From assembly GCA_029863605.1 (NCBI GenBank), contig JAOTVB010000003.1, positions 137,658 through 201,657 on the forward strand: a stretch of DNA of 64,000 bases. Direction: 5' to 3'. The translations under genes and the position numbers were made by a program. Below, piece by piece: positions 19,672-30,114 of this stretch (the stretch's first letter is position 1; each line of letters starts with the position of its first letter). Source of the DNA: Myxococcales bacterium. GTDB taxonomy: Bacteria; Myxococcota_A; Polyangia; Polyangiales; Houyiibacteriaceae. The notes beneath the pieces were generated by a model. The model was not told the origin of the DNA and made no database searches. It was given only the letters and a program-made list of their open reading frames with translations.

Positions 19672-21450
19672 TCAGGAGCCCGTCCCGCCGCCCTGCTTCT
19701 TCACCGGCATCGAGCGAACTTTGGTCTCGGAGACGCGTTGATTGGCCCCCAGCCATGGTGTCAGCGTCTCGGTCGATTCGGGGCGGGAGTAGAGATAGCC
19801 CTGTGCGATGTCGCAGCCATGGTGACGCATGTATTCGAGCTGTTCCTCGGTTTCCACGCCCTCGGCGATGACCTCCAAGCCGAGATTCTGCGCGAGGCCG
19901 ATGATCATGTTGGAGATCGGGCCACCCCGCCCGTGCGACCCGACGCTCTGCACGAAGTTCTTGTCGATCTTGAGGGCATTGAGCGGAAATTCGTGGAGAT
20001 ACATCAGTGACGAGTAACCGGTGCCGAAGTCGTCGATCGCGATACGAACACCCACGTCTCGGATCTCGCGAAGAAGGCTACTTGCCATGGCCGCGTCGGA
20101 CATCAGTGAGCTCTCCGTGACCTCGAGCTCGAGGAACTCGGGAGGGAGCTTCGTTTCGCTGAGCGCGTTGCGAACCTTGTCGATGAACATCGGGTCTTCA
20201 AACTGCTGGGCCGATACATTCACCCCGACCCGCATCGGCTCGACATCCATCTTGTGCCAACGCTGCAGCTGCTCACAAGCGGTCATCAGGACCCACTCCC
20301 CCGCTTGTTGGATCAACCCAAACTCCTCGAGACCCGAAATGAAGTGATAGGGCGTCAAGAGGCCCCGGGTGGGGTGCATCCAGCGGATCAATGCTTCGAC
20401 GCCGATGACGCGTCCCGTTCGGAGGCAGAGCTGTGGCTGATACACCAGGTGGAATTCGTGCTTGTCGACGGCGCGACGCAGGGCCCATGCGAGCGCATGC
20501 CGCGATTGCGCCTCTTCTTGCATGGCGCTCGCAAAGAACTGATATCGTCCACGCCCGGACGATTTGGCCCGGTACATCGCGAGGTCTGCAGCCCGCAAGA
20601 GCTCGGACAGATCGTTTCCGTTGTCCGGGTACATCGCAATTCCTATGCTGCTCGAGCTGGTAACCTCGTTGCCATCGATGCTTCTGACCTCTTGGAGACT
20701 TTCGATGATCCGCTCGACCACCGGCAAGACCTCCTTCGCTTCGCTGACCCCTTCGAGGATCACTGCAAATTCGTCGCCGCCGAGACGAGCGACTGTATCT
20801 TGCTCACGCACGCTGGCCCGGATGCGCCTCGCGGCTTCGACGAGAAGCTTGTCGCCGATCTCGTGTCCGAGCATGTCGTTGATTTCTTTGAAGCGGTCCA
20901 TGTCGAGAATCAAAGTCGCCACCCCGGTGCCGCTCCTCGTGGCTCGCCTCAACGCCCGATCGACCCGCTCGCGAAGCAGGGTCCGGTTTGGCAGGGACGT
21001 CAGCTGGTCGTACTGCGCAAGCCGCACGAGCTCAAGCTCGGTGCGTTTACGCTCGACCGCATACCGAATGACTCGATGAAGATTTGCTCCGTCGATGTGA
21101 CCCTTGACGAGATAGTCCTGGGCGCCCGCCTTCACCGAACGAAGGGATATCGCCTCGTCTTCCCAGGCGCTGACGATGACCAGCGGGATGTCGGGATAGG
21201 AAGTTTGTAGGCTGGCCACGGTTTGGGTACCGCGCGAGTCCGGCAGGTTGAGGTCGGCGAGAATCACGTCCGGCGCGAGCTCCTCGGCAGAAAGCACGGC
21301 ATCGTTCAGAGTTCGCACGTGCGTGATCCGATAATAGGCGTCGGTGATCCTGCGCAAGAGTCTTCGGACGAGCTGGGCGTCGATGAGGTTATCCTCCACG
21401 AGGAGGACTTCCCGGACCTCAGCTTGCTTCTCGTCCCGGTCGCCCAGCAT
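19672..21450 (-). CDS. response regulator with GGDEF and EAL domains (c-di-GMP turnover)
   Basis: REC (LLVEDNLID...DLNLPDSRG), GGDEF (RLGGDEFAV) and EAL (EALIRW...DDFGTGYSSL...LKIDKNF). Confidence 0.9.
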   Translation of the reverse strand: MLGDRDEKQAEVREVLLVEDNLIDAQLVRRLLRRITDAYYRITHVRTLNDAVLSAEELAPDVILADLNLPDSRGTQTVASLQTSYPDIPLVIVSAWEDEAISLRSVKAGAQDYLVKGHIDGANLHRVIRYAVERKRTELELVRLAQYDQLTSLPNRTLLRERVDRALRRATRSGTGVATLILDMDRFKEINDMLGHEIGDKLLVEAARRIRASVREQDTVARLGGDEFAVILEGVSEAKEVLPVVERIIESLQEVRSIDGNEVTSSSSIGIAMYPDNGNDLSELLRAADLAMYRAKSSGRGRYQFFASAMQEEAQSRHALAWALRRAVDKHEFHLVYQPQLCLRTGRVIGVEALIRWMHPTRGLLTPYHFISGLEEFGLIQQAGEWVLMTACEQLQRWHKMDVEPMRVGVNVSAQQFEDPMFIDKVRNALSETKLPPEFLELEVTESSLMSDAAMASSLLREIRDVGVRIAIDDFGTGYSSLMYLHEFPLNALKIDKNFVQSVGSHGRGGPISNMIIGLAQNLGLEVIAEGVETEEQLEYMRHHGCDIAQGYLYSRPESTETLTPWLGANQRVSETKVRSMPVKKQGGGTGS

Positions 21451-21505
21451 TCGATTTCACCCGCTAAAAATACGTTACCAACGCTCTATTACAGTGCTAT
21501 GGTTT

Positions 21506-23491
21506 ATGAGGGGCGTCAAGGGTGATTCAGCCCCTAAGGGTTGCGTGCTAGCGGGCAAGGCAGAAATCTCTTCGGTTTCCAGCAGGAGGCGCATTCGGGT
21601 CCTCATCGCCTCGGGTGATCCAGAACGGATCATGCTGGTGCGGGAAAGCCTTCACGCGTGGCCCGAAACAGTGGTCTGCCGCGTGGCGGTCAATGTGGAC
21701 GACACCGTGACCCATCTCGATAGCCACGCGCCCCACATCATTTGCTGGGATACCGGGCTTGGTCCTGAGCCTCCGGCGGCGGCCAGCGGGGTCTGCGTCC
21801 TGTTGCTTGAGGCGGAGGCCTGCCGGCTACCGACCGAGCCGTCCCGAGAGATGGCGCTACCGATCGCTTACGTCGTCGGGCTTCAACGCTCGATCAACCG
21901 CGAGTACGAGCTCCGACGCGCGCTCGTGCAGCTTCGCGACGCACATGGCTCCGAAACGCAAAGCCGCCTGCTCTTGGCGCGCGCCACCGACGGGATCGTC
22001 GTCGTCGATGGCTCCGGGGCTGTCGTCTTTGCAAACCCCGCGGCACGCGGGTTGCTAGGCGTCGAGAGCACCGCCGCCGTCCATCCGATCTTCGAGGCAA
22101 AGATGCCCGAAAAAGGAAAGCCGGCCGTCTACGAGGTGGAGCTCGCCAGCGGTGCCGCGTCCTCGGTGACCGGCACCGCGATCGCATCGATGTGGGATGG
22201 ACAGGAGGCGACGATCGTCCAACTCCAGCCAACGCTCAGACCGAGCGTGCCGCCTCTCGTTGGACCTCGGGTGCCCGAGGATCGCCTTCGCGCGATCGGA
22301 CGACTGGCCGCAGGTCTCGCCCACGAGGTGAACAACCCTCTGACCTTCGTTCTCGCCAACCTCGAGAGCCTTCGCGAATCACACCAGGCCATCCGGCGGT
22401 TCGTGCGCAAGCTCCGAGTCGACTTGGCCCACGATGGAGAGATCAGCCCGAAGGCCTTCGAGCAATTGATCAAAGAGGCCAATCTCGAGGAAGTCATCGA
22501 CGACGCTGCTGAGATGTTGACCGACTGCAACAAGGGCATGCACCGCATTCAGGACATCGCCCGTAGCTTGGGGACGTTCTCCAGGGCCGATGACGAGCAG
22601 GCCGAGCTCGTCGACCTGACGCGTGTCGTGGATGACGCCTGCTCGATGGTGTTCAACCAGATTCGCTACCGTGCCCGGCTCGTGAAGCGATCCGAGCCGA
22701 TCCCCATGGTCGCCGCCTATCCCGGCCGAGTCGCGCAGGCGCTGGTCAACATGCTCACCAATGCCGTGGAGGCGATCGACGGCGGCGCTTATGAGAAGCA
22801 CCGGATCGTGGTCTCGACGCGCCTGGAGAACGACCACGTGATCATCGGCGTCAGCGACACGGGTGTGGGGATCGACGACGGAGATCAGGCACGGATCTTC
22901 ACTCCTGGATTCACCACCAAGGCGCACGACGGAGGAATGGGTCTCGGACTCTCGCTCTGCAAGCGGGTTGCCGAGGAGCACGGCGGGCGGCTAGAAGCTC
23001 ATCGCCTGCCGGATCAGGGCACGCGCTTCGAGCTCATCATTCCGGCCGACACCGGACTTCAGCCCGTAGAACGAAAGCGCGAGAGCCGGCCGATCTCCGA
23101 GGCGCCAGCTACCCGTCCGCGAATCTTGATCATCGACGACGACGCCATGGTGCTCTCGGCGCTTCGGCGCCGGCTTCGGCGGCGATACGAGCCCGTGACG
23201 GTCCTCGGAGGGGTGGAGGCGTTGGCTCTTCTCGCAGAGGACTCGAGCTTCGACGCGATCATCTGTGACCTGATGATGCCTGAGGTCGACGGAAAGTCGT
23301 TCTACGACACCATTCGGCAGAGGCATCCCAAGTTGGTCGACCGCGTCGTGTTCATGAGCGGTGGCGCCTTCACGCCCCGGCTTCGAAAGTTCGCCGCCTC
23401 CGTGTCAAACCCCGTGATGCAAAAACCAGTGACACGCGAGCACCTCGAATCCATGCTTGCCTCGATTCGCGAAGAAGTGAAGGACGACTGA
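21506..23491 (+). CDS. hybrid sensor histidine kinase/response regulator (PAS-HisKA-HATPase-REC)
   Basis: H-box LAAGLAHEVNNPL, HATPase (DTGVGI, GMGLGL) and a C-terminal REC (ILIIDDD...DLMMPEVDG). Start moved to the ATG at 21506 because the longest ORF (21344) overlaps the divergent gene. Confidence 0.85.
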   Translation: MRGVKGDSAPKGCVLAGKAEISSVSSRRRIRVLIASGDPERIMLVRESLHAWPETVVCRVAVNVDDTVTHLDSHAPHIICWDTGLGPEPPAAASGVCVLLLEAEACRLPTEPSREMALPIAYVVGLQRSINREYELRRALVQLRDAHGSETQSRLLLARATDGIVVVDGSGAVVFANPAARGLLGVESTAAVHPIFEAKMPEKGKPAVYEVELASGAASSVTGTAIASMWDGQEATIVQLQPTLRPSVPPLVGPRVPEDRLRAIGRLAAGLAHEVNNPLTFVLANLESLRESHQAIRRFVRKLRVDLAHDGEISPKAFEQLIKEANLEEVIDDAAEMLTDCNKGMHRIQDIARSLGTFSRADDEQAELVDLTRVVDDACSMVFNQIRYRARLVKRSEPIPMVAAYPGRVAQALVNMLTNAVEAIDGGAYEKHRIVVSTRLENDHVIIGVSDTGVGIDDGDQARIFTPGFTTKAHDGGMGLGLSLCKRVAEEHGGRLEAHRLPDQGTRFELIIPADTGLQPVERKRESRPISEAPATRPRILIIDDDAMVLSALRRRLRRRYEPVTVLGGVEALALLAEDSSFDAIICDLMMPEVDGKSFYDTIRQRHPKLVDRVVFMSGGAFTPRLRKFAASVSNPVMQKPVTREHLESMLASIREEVKDD

Positions 23492-23496
23492 CGCAC

Positions 23497-24891
23497 TCAC
23501 GAGTTGCGCAACCCGAGCTCCTTCATCTTGTTTTGAAGGCTCTTTCGGGAGATCTTGAGCAACCGAGCAGTGTGGGTGACGTTGCCGCCGGTGCGTTCGA
23601 GAGCCCTAGAGATGAACTCGCGCTCGAGCTTGAGCGTCGCCTCCCGTACGGCTTCCTTCAACCCGGTCTCGCCCGGTGCGACGTCGAGCCCCGTCCCCGA
23701 GGGCATCATGGCGTCGCCGTCCGCGTCGCGCACTTCTTGGGTCAGATACTGGGCGCCCACCTCGCCGTCCTCAGCAAAGATCATGCAACGCTCGACGACG
23801 TTTTCGAGCTCCCTGATGTTTCCTGGCCAGTCGTGGCGAAGAAGACTCCGGAGCGCGTCGTCGTCAAAGCCCGTCACCGATCGATCGAGCTTTCTGTTGA
23901 ACTGCCGCACGAAGTGATCGAGGAGCAGCGGGATGTCGCTCGGCCTTGCGCGAAGGGGAGGCAGGTGCACGTGGACGACGTTGAGTCGATAGTAGAGGTC
24001 TTCTCGAAATCTCCCTTCGGCGATCTGCTCCTTCAAATCACGGTTGGTTGCCGCGATGAGGCGGGAATCGACGGTGATCGTCTTGATGCCACCGACGCGC
24101 TCGAACTCCTGCTCCTGGATCGCTCGCAGAAGCTTCACCTGCATGCTGACCGGGATCTCGGCGATCTCGTCGAGGAAAAGGGTGCCGCCGTTGGCGAGCT
24201 CGAAGCGTCCAGGCTTACTGGTGACGGCCCCCGTGAATGCACCCTTCTCGTAGCCAAAGAGCTCGCTTTCCAACAGGTCGGGCGGGATGGCCGCACAGTT
24301 GACGCTGACGAAGGGCTTGTCTTTGCGGGCGCTGTTCTCATGAAGTGCGCGCGCGATGAGCTCCTTTCCCGTACCGCTCTCACCGGTGATCAGGACGGTG
24401 CTCGGCGTGTCTGCCACCTTCTCGATGACGTCGTAGACCTCCCTCATCGGCGGCGATTGGCCGATGATGCGATACCGCCCACGCTCGTTCGGGTCGCCAC
24501 TCACGTGTGCCTGCGAGAGCTCTCGAGTCCGCGCGGCCTTGTGAACGACGTTTCGAAATTCGGTTTGATCGAAGGGCTTCGTGACGTAGTCGAATGCACC
24601 TAGCTTCAGGGCCTCGACCGCCGTATCCACCGTGCCGTGAGCGGTGATCATGATGACCGGCAACCGCGGGAATCGCGAGCTGACTGCCTCGAGCACACGC
24701 ATCCCATCGAGCTTCGGCATCCGTAAGTCGGTGATCAGAACGTCGATGTGGTGCTCATCGAGTGCACGAAGGACCGATTCGCCGTCCGCGACGGTATGGA
24801 CCTCGTATCCGTCGTGCTGAAGCTGCGCCTTCAGCACCCGGCGCAGGTTGTCCTCGTCGTCTGCGACCAGGACTTGCTTCGTTTCGGTCAC
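23497..24891 (-). CDS. sigma-54-dependent response regulator (NtrC family)
   Basis: REC plus AAA+ (GESGTGKE, GAFTGA, ESELFGYE) plus HTH (GNVTHTARLLKISRKSLQNKM). GTG start. Confidence 0.9.
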   Translation of the reverse strand: MTETKQVLVADDEDNLRRVLKAQLQHDGYEVHTVADGESVLRALDEHHIDVLITDLRMPKLDGMRVLEAVSSRFPRLPVIMITAHGTVDTAVEALKLGAFDYVTKPFDQTEFRNVVHKAARTRELSQAHVSGDPNERGRYRIIGQSPPMREVYDVIEKVADTPSTVLITGESGTGKELIARALHENSARKDKPFVSVNCAAIPPDLLESELFGYEKGAFTGAVTSKPGRFELANGGTLFLDEIAEIPVSMQVKLLRAIQEQEFERVGGIKTITVDSRLIAATNRDLKEQIAEGRFREDLYYRLNVVHVHLPPLRARPSDIPLLLDHFVRQFNRKLDRSVTGFDDDALRSLLRHDWPGNIRELENVVERCMIFAEDGEVGAQYLTQEVRDADGDAMMPSGTGLDVAPGETGLKEAVREATLKLEREFISRALERTGGNVTHTARLLKISRKSLQNKMKELGLRNS

Positions 24892-24927
24892 GGGCGGAGT
24901 GTAGCTCCGCCCATGACGGTGTACAGA

Positions 24928-25581
24928 CTAGTTCGCGGCAAGTCGTTGCTTCGCGGCCCGAATGACCGTTGCTCGGTTCTTCCCTGCCTGCTCGTAGTCG
25001 AGCAATGCTGTCGCCTGCCTCCCGGAGAGTCGCTGAATACGTTCGACGACATCTTTCGCGGTCAGCCGGTCGTAGTTGCGAATCGGGACGTGCCCGGTCT
25101 TGCGCGTCGGCCTTCTCTTGGCCGGGGTCGTGGCCCGGGAGGCCCGCTTCCTGACCTGGGTCGCTTGTTGGAGTCGTTGATCGACGAGGCCCTGTGCGCC
25201 GCCCAGCAGATCGTGGGTCGCACGGAGGACGCTCGTCTGAAGAGCGGCCGGTCGAAGTGCTTCCCTAGCAACGGTCGCACGGTCTTCGACGCCGCTCACC
25301 TGTGTCCTCAGGGCCAGCAGGTACGCATCTCGGGTCTTGATCGCCAGGTTGCGCCAGTTGACGGCCTCCTTCCGGAAAGCACGCTGCAGAGTGCCCGCGG
25401 AGCGTCCGGTCGTGGCGGCCAGCTTCTGGGTCGCAGCAGTGATCTCATCGCCGAAAGCAACGCTTGCCGCACGGGCTTCTGAGACGAATACCCCCCCAGA
25501 ATGCCGGGTTTGTTCAATAAAGAGCAGGCTTTGCCGCTTGAGGCGTCTGCCGCTCAGCACGAGTTGATCGGTGTGAGTCAT
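24928..25581 (-). CDS. hypothetical helical/basic protein
   Basis: ATG at 25581 preceded by GAGGA. Predicted helical N-terminal part, a basic linker (KRASRATTPAKRRPTRKTG), and a C-terminal block NYDRLTAKDVVERIQRLSGRQATALLDYEQAGKNRATV. The longer ORF (to 25845) is an implausible extension. Confidence 0.55.
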   Translation of the reverse strand: MTHTDQLVLSGRRLKRQSLLFIEQTRHSGGVFVSEARAASVAFGDEITAATQKLAATTGRSAGTLQRAFRKEAVNWRNLAIKTRDAYLLALRTQVSGVEDRATVAREALRPAALQTSVLRATHDLLGGAQGLVDQRLQQATQVRKRASRATTPAKRRPTRKTGHVPIRNYDRLTAKDVVERIQRLSGRQATALLDYEQAGKNRATVIRAAKQRLAAN

Positions 25582-25706
25582 GATTTTTTTTCCTCTTTGG
25601 ATGACGCGCTGCGTTATCCGCCGGTACCATAGCCACGAACCAGTCGGAGTCAAATCGCCCGCGAAACCATGAACCTTCTGGCGAGTTGCATTAGACTTTA
25701 GGGCTA

Positions 25707-27257
25707 GTGAGTGGGCATTTCCGAACGCTGGTCGTCGAAGACTCGAGCTCCATGCGGAGCCTCTTGTGCGAGCTATTGCGTGAGCGAAATTACGATGTCG
25801 TGGCGGTGGAGACGGCCGAAGAGGGTCTGGCCGCGCATCGGGCAACCCCGTTCGAGCTCATGCTTGTCGACTGGACCCTCCCTGGGATGTCGGGGTTAGA
25901 CCTGTGCCGCGCCGTCCGCGCGCGCGAGGGTGGCGAGGACGTGGTGATCCTCGTGATCACGGGCCGCAATCGAGCCGAGGACCTGAACACCGTGCTCGAC
26001 GCGGGAGCCTCGGACTACCTTTCGAAACCAATCGACGCTGAAATCCTCGGTACCCGTCTGCTGATCGCCGAGCGCGCAATCCGCGACAGTGCCCGACGTG
26101 CCCTCGAACGCAAGGATATGCAGTCGCGGCTGGTGTTTGCCGACCGCATGGCCTCGGTCGGTACCTTGGCGGCTGGCGTCGCCCACGAGCTCAACAACCC
26201 GCTGATGTACGTCCTGTCGAACCTCCATTTGACCCGGGAGGAGCTCGAAGTCCCGAGCGACGGCGCCTGGCTCGACCGAGCCAAGCAGCAGGTCGACGAG
26301 GCGATTCACGGCGCGGTTCGCATGCAGAACGTCGTACGAGATCTCAAAACGTTTTCGCGCGTCGACGACGAGCAACGCGGCAACGTCGACGTGCGGGGAG
26401 TGCTAGAGTCGTCGATCAACATGTGCTGGAATCAGATCCGTCACCGCGCGACCCTGAAGCGCGATTTCGAGCCAACGCCACTGGTCGAGGTCAACGAGTC
26501 GCGTCTCGGCCAAGTGTTTTTGAACCTGCTGATCAACGCTTCTCAAGCGATGCCGGAACGGTCCGTCAAGACCAACGTGATCGTCGTGCGGACGTATACC
26601 AACTCGGATGGATGGGCCGTCATCGAGGTGATCGACAACGGAACCGGGATTGCCCCGGAGACCCGGGGCCACATTTTCGATCCATTCTTCACCACCAAGG
26701 GGGTTGCGGAGGGCACCGGCCTTGGCCTCTCGATCTGCCGCAACATCATTCAAAGCGCGGGTGGCTCGATCGACGCAGACAGCCAGGTCGACCGTGGGAC
26801 GACGTTCAGGGTCAAGCTCCCGCCATCGAAACGCTCCTACATTCCGCTCGTTCCTCAAGCGCCGCCCTTGGTACATGCTGGGGCTCGTGCCCGGGTCGTC
26901 GTCGTCGACGATGAGCCGCTCGTGGGGCGATCGATACGACGCGCGCTCCGCCATCACGACGTCCGGGTGTTTTCGAGCGGCAAAGAAGCGATCGATGCTC
27001 TTTGCTCCGCCGAGCCCTGCGACGTCGTTTTTTGCGACCTGATGATGCCGGAAGTGAGTGGGATGGAGGTATTTGGAAGGGTCTCCGAGCGCCGCCCCGA
27101 GATCGCCTCACGTTTCGTATTCATGACCGGCGGAGCTTTCACCCCTCAGGCGCGAGAGTTCCTGAAGCAGACACATATGGTCTGCCTCGAGAAACCCTTC
27201 GAGCTTCATCAGATCCGAGATCTGGTCAGAGAGCGCGCGGAGCCGGCCGTCGGCTGA
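25707..27257 (+). CDS. hybrid histidine kinase with N- and C-terminal receiver domains (REC-HisKA-HATPase-REC)
   Basis: N-terminal REC (LVVEDSS...DWTLPGMSG), H-box [12 protein letters not shown], HATPase (DNGTGI, GLGLS) and a C-terminal REC (VVVVDDE...DLMMPEVSG). GTG start. Confidence 0.85.
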   Translation: MSGHFRTLVVEDSSSMRSLLCELLRERNYDVVAVETAEEGLAAHRATPFELMLVDWTLPGMSGLDLCRAVRAREGGEDVVILVITGRNRAEDLNTVLDAGASDYLSKPIDAEILGTRLLIAERAIRDSARRALERKDMQSRLVFADRMASVGTLAAGVAHELNNPLMYVLSNLHLTREELEVPSDGAWLDRAKQQVDEAIHGAVRMQNVVRDLKTFSRVDDEQRGNVDVRGVLESSINMCWNQIRHRATLKRDFEPTPLVEVNESRLGQVFLNLLINASQAMPERSVKTNVIVVRTYTNSDGWAVIEVIDNGTGIAPETRGHIFDPFFTTKGVAEGTGLGLSICRNIIQSAGGSIDADSQVDRGTTFRVKLPPSKRSYIPLVPQAPPLVHAGARARVVVVDDEPLVGRSIRRALRHHDVRVFSSGKEAIDALCSAEPCDVVFCDLMMPEVSGMEVFGRVSERRPEIASRFVFMTGGAFTPQAREFLKQTHMVCLEKPFELHQIRDLVRERAEPAVG

Positions 27258-28696
27258 GACGCTGTAACGACGCAGTTGCGCCCACGATCCTTGGCCTCGT
27301 AGAGGGCGTTGTCTGCACGTGCCAAGAGGTCGGCGCCCGTCTCATCCGAATGAAGCGAAGCAACCCCGACGCTCACCGTGAGCGCGCCCTCCGGCTGTTC
27401 CTCGCCGCCTGGGAATGCAGTGCTCTCGACCATCGAGCGAAGCTTCTCGCCAACTTTGGTCGCGATGGCGGCATTGGTGCGTGGCAACAAGACGACGAAC
27501 TCCTCGCCGCCGATGCGCGCGATCGTGTCGATGCGCCGCAGGTTTCGCGTCATCAGCCCCGCCAGCTTTCGAAGAGCCGCATCGCCCGTCGGGTGACCAT
27601 GTCGGTCGTTGAGCGCCTTGAAGTAGTCGATATCGATCGCAAGAACGCTGACGGCCTCGCCAAAACGCTGGGCGCGGTGAAGCTCGTCTTCGAGGCGAAT
27701 CCGAAGCAGTCGTCGGTTCCCGAGCCCCGTGAGGTCGTCGTGCTGCGACCCCCGCCGGAGCTCGTCAAAGAGCTGGGTGTGGCGAATCGCGAGGCCCAAT
27801 TGGTCGGAAATCGCAGCGAGAAGACCGGTCTCGAGCTCGGAGAACGCGCTCGTCTCGGACCGTGTGACCGCGAGAACGCCGGTCGTGGTGCCGCGGTGAA
27901 TGACCGGCAGGATTGCCATCGACCCGCGCTGCTCGATCGGCTCCCACAACGAGCTTTCCGAGAGCGCTTCCAAGTCGTCGACTACGACGATCTCGCCTGT
28001 CTTCGCAGCCTTCCCAAGAGGCTGCTCGTCAAAGAGCACGATCCGTTCGAGGAGCTCGCCTGGCTTTTCGAAGCCATGTGCCGCTCGCAGCGTGAGCCGC
28101 TGGGTCTTTGCATCGACGAGAAACAACATACACTCCCGGAGCTTCAGCGCTTCGCCGAGCCGGGTGGCGATCTCGGCCAAGACGGAATCGAGCTCTCGCT
28201 CTGAAGCGCTGGCGCGAACGATGTCGAAGAGGAGCGCACGCTCGCGAAGTCGCTGCTCGAGCTCGGCGGTTTTTTCGCCGAGGGCCCTCTTGAGAGCCAG
28301 CTCTTCGCGCGTGCTGCGCAGCTCTTGGTCCTGCTCGATCATTTGAACCTCGAGCGAGGTGAGGTTGGCCAGAAGCGCGTTGACGGCCCGTCCGATTTCG
28401 CCAATCTCGTCCCCTCCCAAGTCAGGCAGTCGCTGCAGGCTCCGTTCCCGCGCGTACACATCCAAGACTCGAACGACGCGGGCGATGCGACGGCTGACCG
28501 CGAATTGCACGTAGAAGCGCGTCAGCATTCCGGCGGTCAGCGTCGCGCCCGCGGTGATCCAGACGAAGACTGGGAGGCGCACGTCGATACCCGCCGAACG
28601 CAATGCAAACCAGCCAGCGCCGGACAAGATCAGCGACAGCGCTGATGCTTGAAAGCCGGCACGGAGGGCGAGTCTTCGGCGCGAGGCCCCGGGCAT
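27209..28696 (-). CDS. HAMP-GAF-GGDEF diguanylate cyclase
   Basis: Two TM helices plus a HAMP-like segment, a GAF domain, and GGDEF (DYFKALNDRHGHPTGD...RIGGEEFVVLL...ALYEAKDRGRN). Confidence 0.85.
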   Translation of the reverse strand: MPGASRRRLALRAGFQASALSLILSGAGWFALRSAGIDVRLPVFVWITAGATLTAGMLTRFYVQFAVSRRIARVVRVLDVYARERSLQRLPDLGGDEIGEIGRAVNALLANLTSLEVQMIEQDQELRSTREELALKRALGEKTAELEQRLRERALLFDIVRASASERELDSVLAEIATRLGEALKLRECMLFLVDAKTQRLTLRAAHGFEKPGELLERIVLFDEQPLGKAAKTGEIVVVDDLEALSESSLWEPIEQRGSMAILPVIHRGTTTGVLAVTRSETSAFSELETGLLAAISDQLGLAIRHTQLFDELRRGSQHDDLTGLGNRRLLRIRLEDELHRAQRFGEAVSVLAIDIDYFKALNDRHGHPTGDAALRKLAGLMTRNLRRIDTIARIGGEEFVVLLPRTNAAIATKVGEKLRSMVESTAFPGGEEQPEGALTVSVGVASLHSDETGADLLARADNALYEAKDRGRNCVVTASQPTAGSARSLTRSRI

Positions 28697-28780
28697 CTAT
28701 TCACGCTACGCAGTACACTCGTTCAGTCAAGTGTCTAACAAGCGCTTCTCGGGGACGACCCAACCCTCGAGCCCCGGGTC

Positions 28781-28857
28781 TGGTGGCGATGGGTGGACTC
28801 GAACCACCGACCTAGCGCGTATGAAACGCCCGCTCTAACCACCTGAGCTACATCGCC
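28781..28857 (-). tRNA. tRNA-Met (CAU), elongator type; could be tRNA-Ile2 if lysidinylated
   Basis: Reverse complement is GGCGATGTAGCTCAGGTGGTTAGAGCGGGCGTTTCATACGCGCTAGGTCGGTGGTTCGAGTCCACCCATCGCCACCA. It folds as a cloverleaf with a 7-bp acceptor stem (G1-C72), T-arm GGTGG/CCACC, anticodon loop TTCATAC and an encoded CCA. Upstream lies TTGCAC-16-TATACT (28896..28869, minus strand). Confidence 0.9.
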
Positions 28858-28959
28858 AGAGGGGCGCGAGTATAGGCGTGGGCGCGTACCGTGCAATGTG
28901 GACTCTTGTGGATGAAAGTACGCGCTTGGCAGGAAAGCTCGCTTGGTTTATGCGAGCAC

Positions 28960-30114
28960 GTGGTGAATCGAACAATTGTCGCTTTCTACGTTGCCGTCTC
29001 GTTTGGCCTGATGACGGTGTCGGGCGCGCTGGCCCAGTCCGGCTGGGGGAAGCCCCTCGAACCCAAGTCGCCCAAGGCACAACCGGTCCCAGCTTCGGAG
29101 CCCTCGCCGGCACCAGAGCTCGCCCCGGAGCCAGCGGAGTCGAAGCGCACCGAGCCGAATCCAGATTGGGCCGACGCGCCGCCGACCGAATACGAGCAAC
29201 GGGCCGCGGACAATCCTGATTGGATCGAGGAGGACGAAGCGCCGCCCGTCGGTGCCCAACGCGACAACGCGTCGGGGAGCTACGACATTCGATACGCCAA
29301 TCGCAGCCTCACGATGCCCCGGGGCATGATGCGGGGCACCTTCGACGCGGTAACCGGGCGCAGGCAGGAGGTGCAAGGGATGTTCGAACCGTTCGGGCCC
29401 ACCGGGACCATCTCCACCCTGAACCTAGGTGCCGCGCTCACGATCGCGACCGACTTCGAGGTCGGTTTCTCCCGCTATCGCATGGGTAGCTATCCTCCGG
29501 CCAGCCTCTTTCCGGACTATGGGTTTGGTGGCGCGGGGCTCATCTCGATGATCTTGGCGCCCGACGTGAAGTTTGGGGACATGCCTTTCTACGCACGCTT
29601 CCAACCGCTCAACAATGGTGTTTCTCAGATCGCGATCGACGCGGTGGTTCGAATTCCGACCCGCACCGAGGTTGGCTTTCTGATGGGAGTCCCGATGCGT
29701 TTCGTCGCGAAAGAGCATTACGCGTTCGACACCGGGATCGATTTCAGCGTCGACAACAACCCGAACGGTCCGTCGCTTTGGTCGCTCACCATTCCGTTTG
29801 GTCTTGTCGCCAACGTGACCGATCAAGCGTTCGTGAAGCTCGACTCGGGTATGCACTTCTTCGATTTGAGCCAGGTCATTCGCACCGCGACTTCGGGGCT
29901 GATCGACGGACCTTTTTACTTTTTCCCGTTGGGCGTTGGTGGTGGTTATGCACTCGAGGCCGGAAGCACGATGATCGATGTTCTTGCGAGCTTCAGGTTT
30001 CCTACGCTTTACGGGTTCACCAGCTCGGCCTCGGAGGTCAACGCTGAAACCTGGGCGGTAGCCATCGGTTTCAACATTTACTCTCCCGTCCTCTTCAAGG
30101 GCAGCGCGCTCTGA
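28960..30114 (+). CDS. hypothetical secreted protein, possible outer-membrane beta-barrel
   Basis: ORF 28891..30114. The GTG at 28960 gives signal peptide [26 protein letters not shown] Pro/Glu-rich linker is followed by alternating beta-strand-like sequence. An earlier start would overlap the tRNA-Met promoter. Confidence 0.5.
   Translation: MVNRTIVAFYVAVSFGLMTVSGALAQSGWGKPLEPKSPKAQPVPASEPSPAPELAPEPAESKRTEPNPDWADAPPTEYEQRAADNPDWIEEDEAPPVGAQRDNASGSYDIRYANRSLTMPRGMMRGTFDAVTGRRQEVQGMFEPFGPTGTISTLNLGAALTIATDFEVGFSRYRMGSYPPASLFPDYGFGGAGLISMILAPDVKFGDMPFYARFQPLNNGVSQIAIDAVVRIPTRTEVGFLMGVPMRFVAKEHYAFDTGIDFSVDNNPNGPSLWSLTIPFGLVANVTDQAFVKLDSGMHFFDLSQVIRTATSGLIDGPFYFFPLGVGGGYALEAGSTMIDVLASFRFPTLYGFTSSASEVNAETWAVAIGFNIYSPVLFKGSAL

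Noticed and set aside
24928-25845. Long N-terminal extensions in the ORF track (also 443..1708, 1597..2556, 12162..12770, 21344..23491, 45045..46757, 53794..55410, 55182..56087, 60124..60579)
   Set aside because: The extensions are Arg/Pro/Ser-rich, overlap neighbouring genes or promoters, and precede internal starts that yield canonical signal peptides, prepilin leaders or domain N-termini. I used the internal starts.
27002-28204. 400-aa plus-strand ORF. Similar long antisense ORFs occur at 23533..24603, 36360..37391, 33309..34364, 7781..8875, 20254..21210, 47525..48688 and 45162..46028.
   Set aside because: All are antisense to genes with clear catalytic or signal motifs (GGDEF, AAA+, RNR, GrpE/HrcA, EAL, lipoboxes). 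All have the Arg-rich, low-information composition expected from a lack of stops in GC-rich antisense frames.
28781-28857. Alternative fold of the tRNA giving a TCA anticodon (Sec/opal suppressor)
   Set aside because: That register needs a mismatched anticodon stem and breaks standard numbering. The standard register gives U33-CAU-A37 with a normal-size variable loop, which is tRNA-Met/Ile2.
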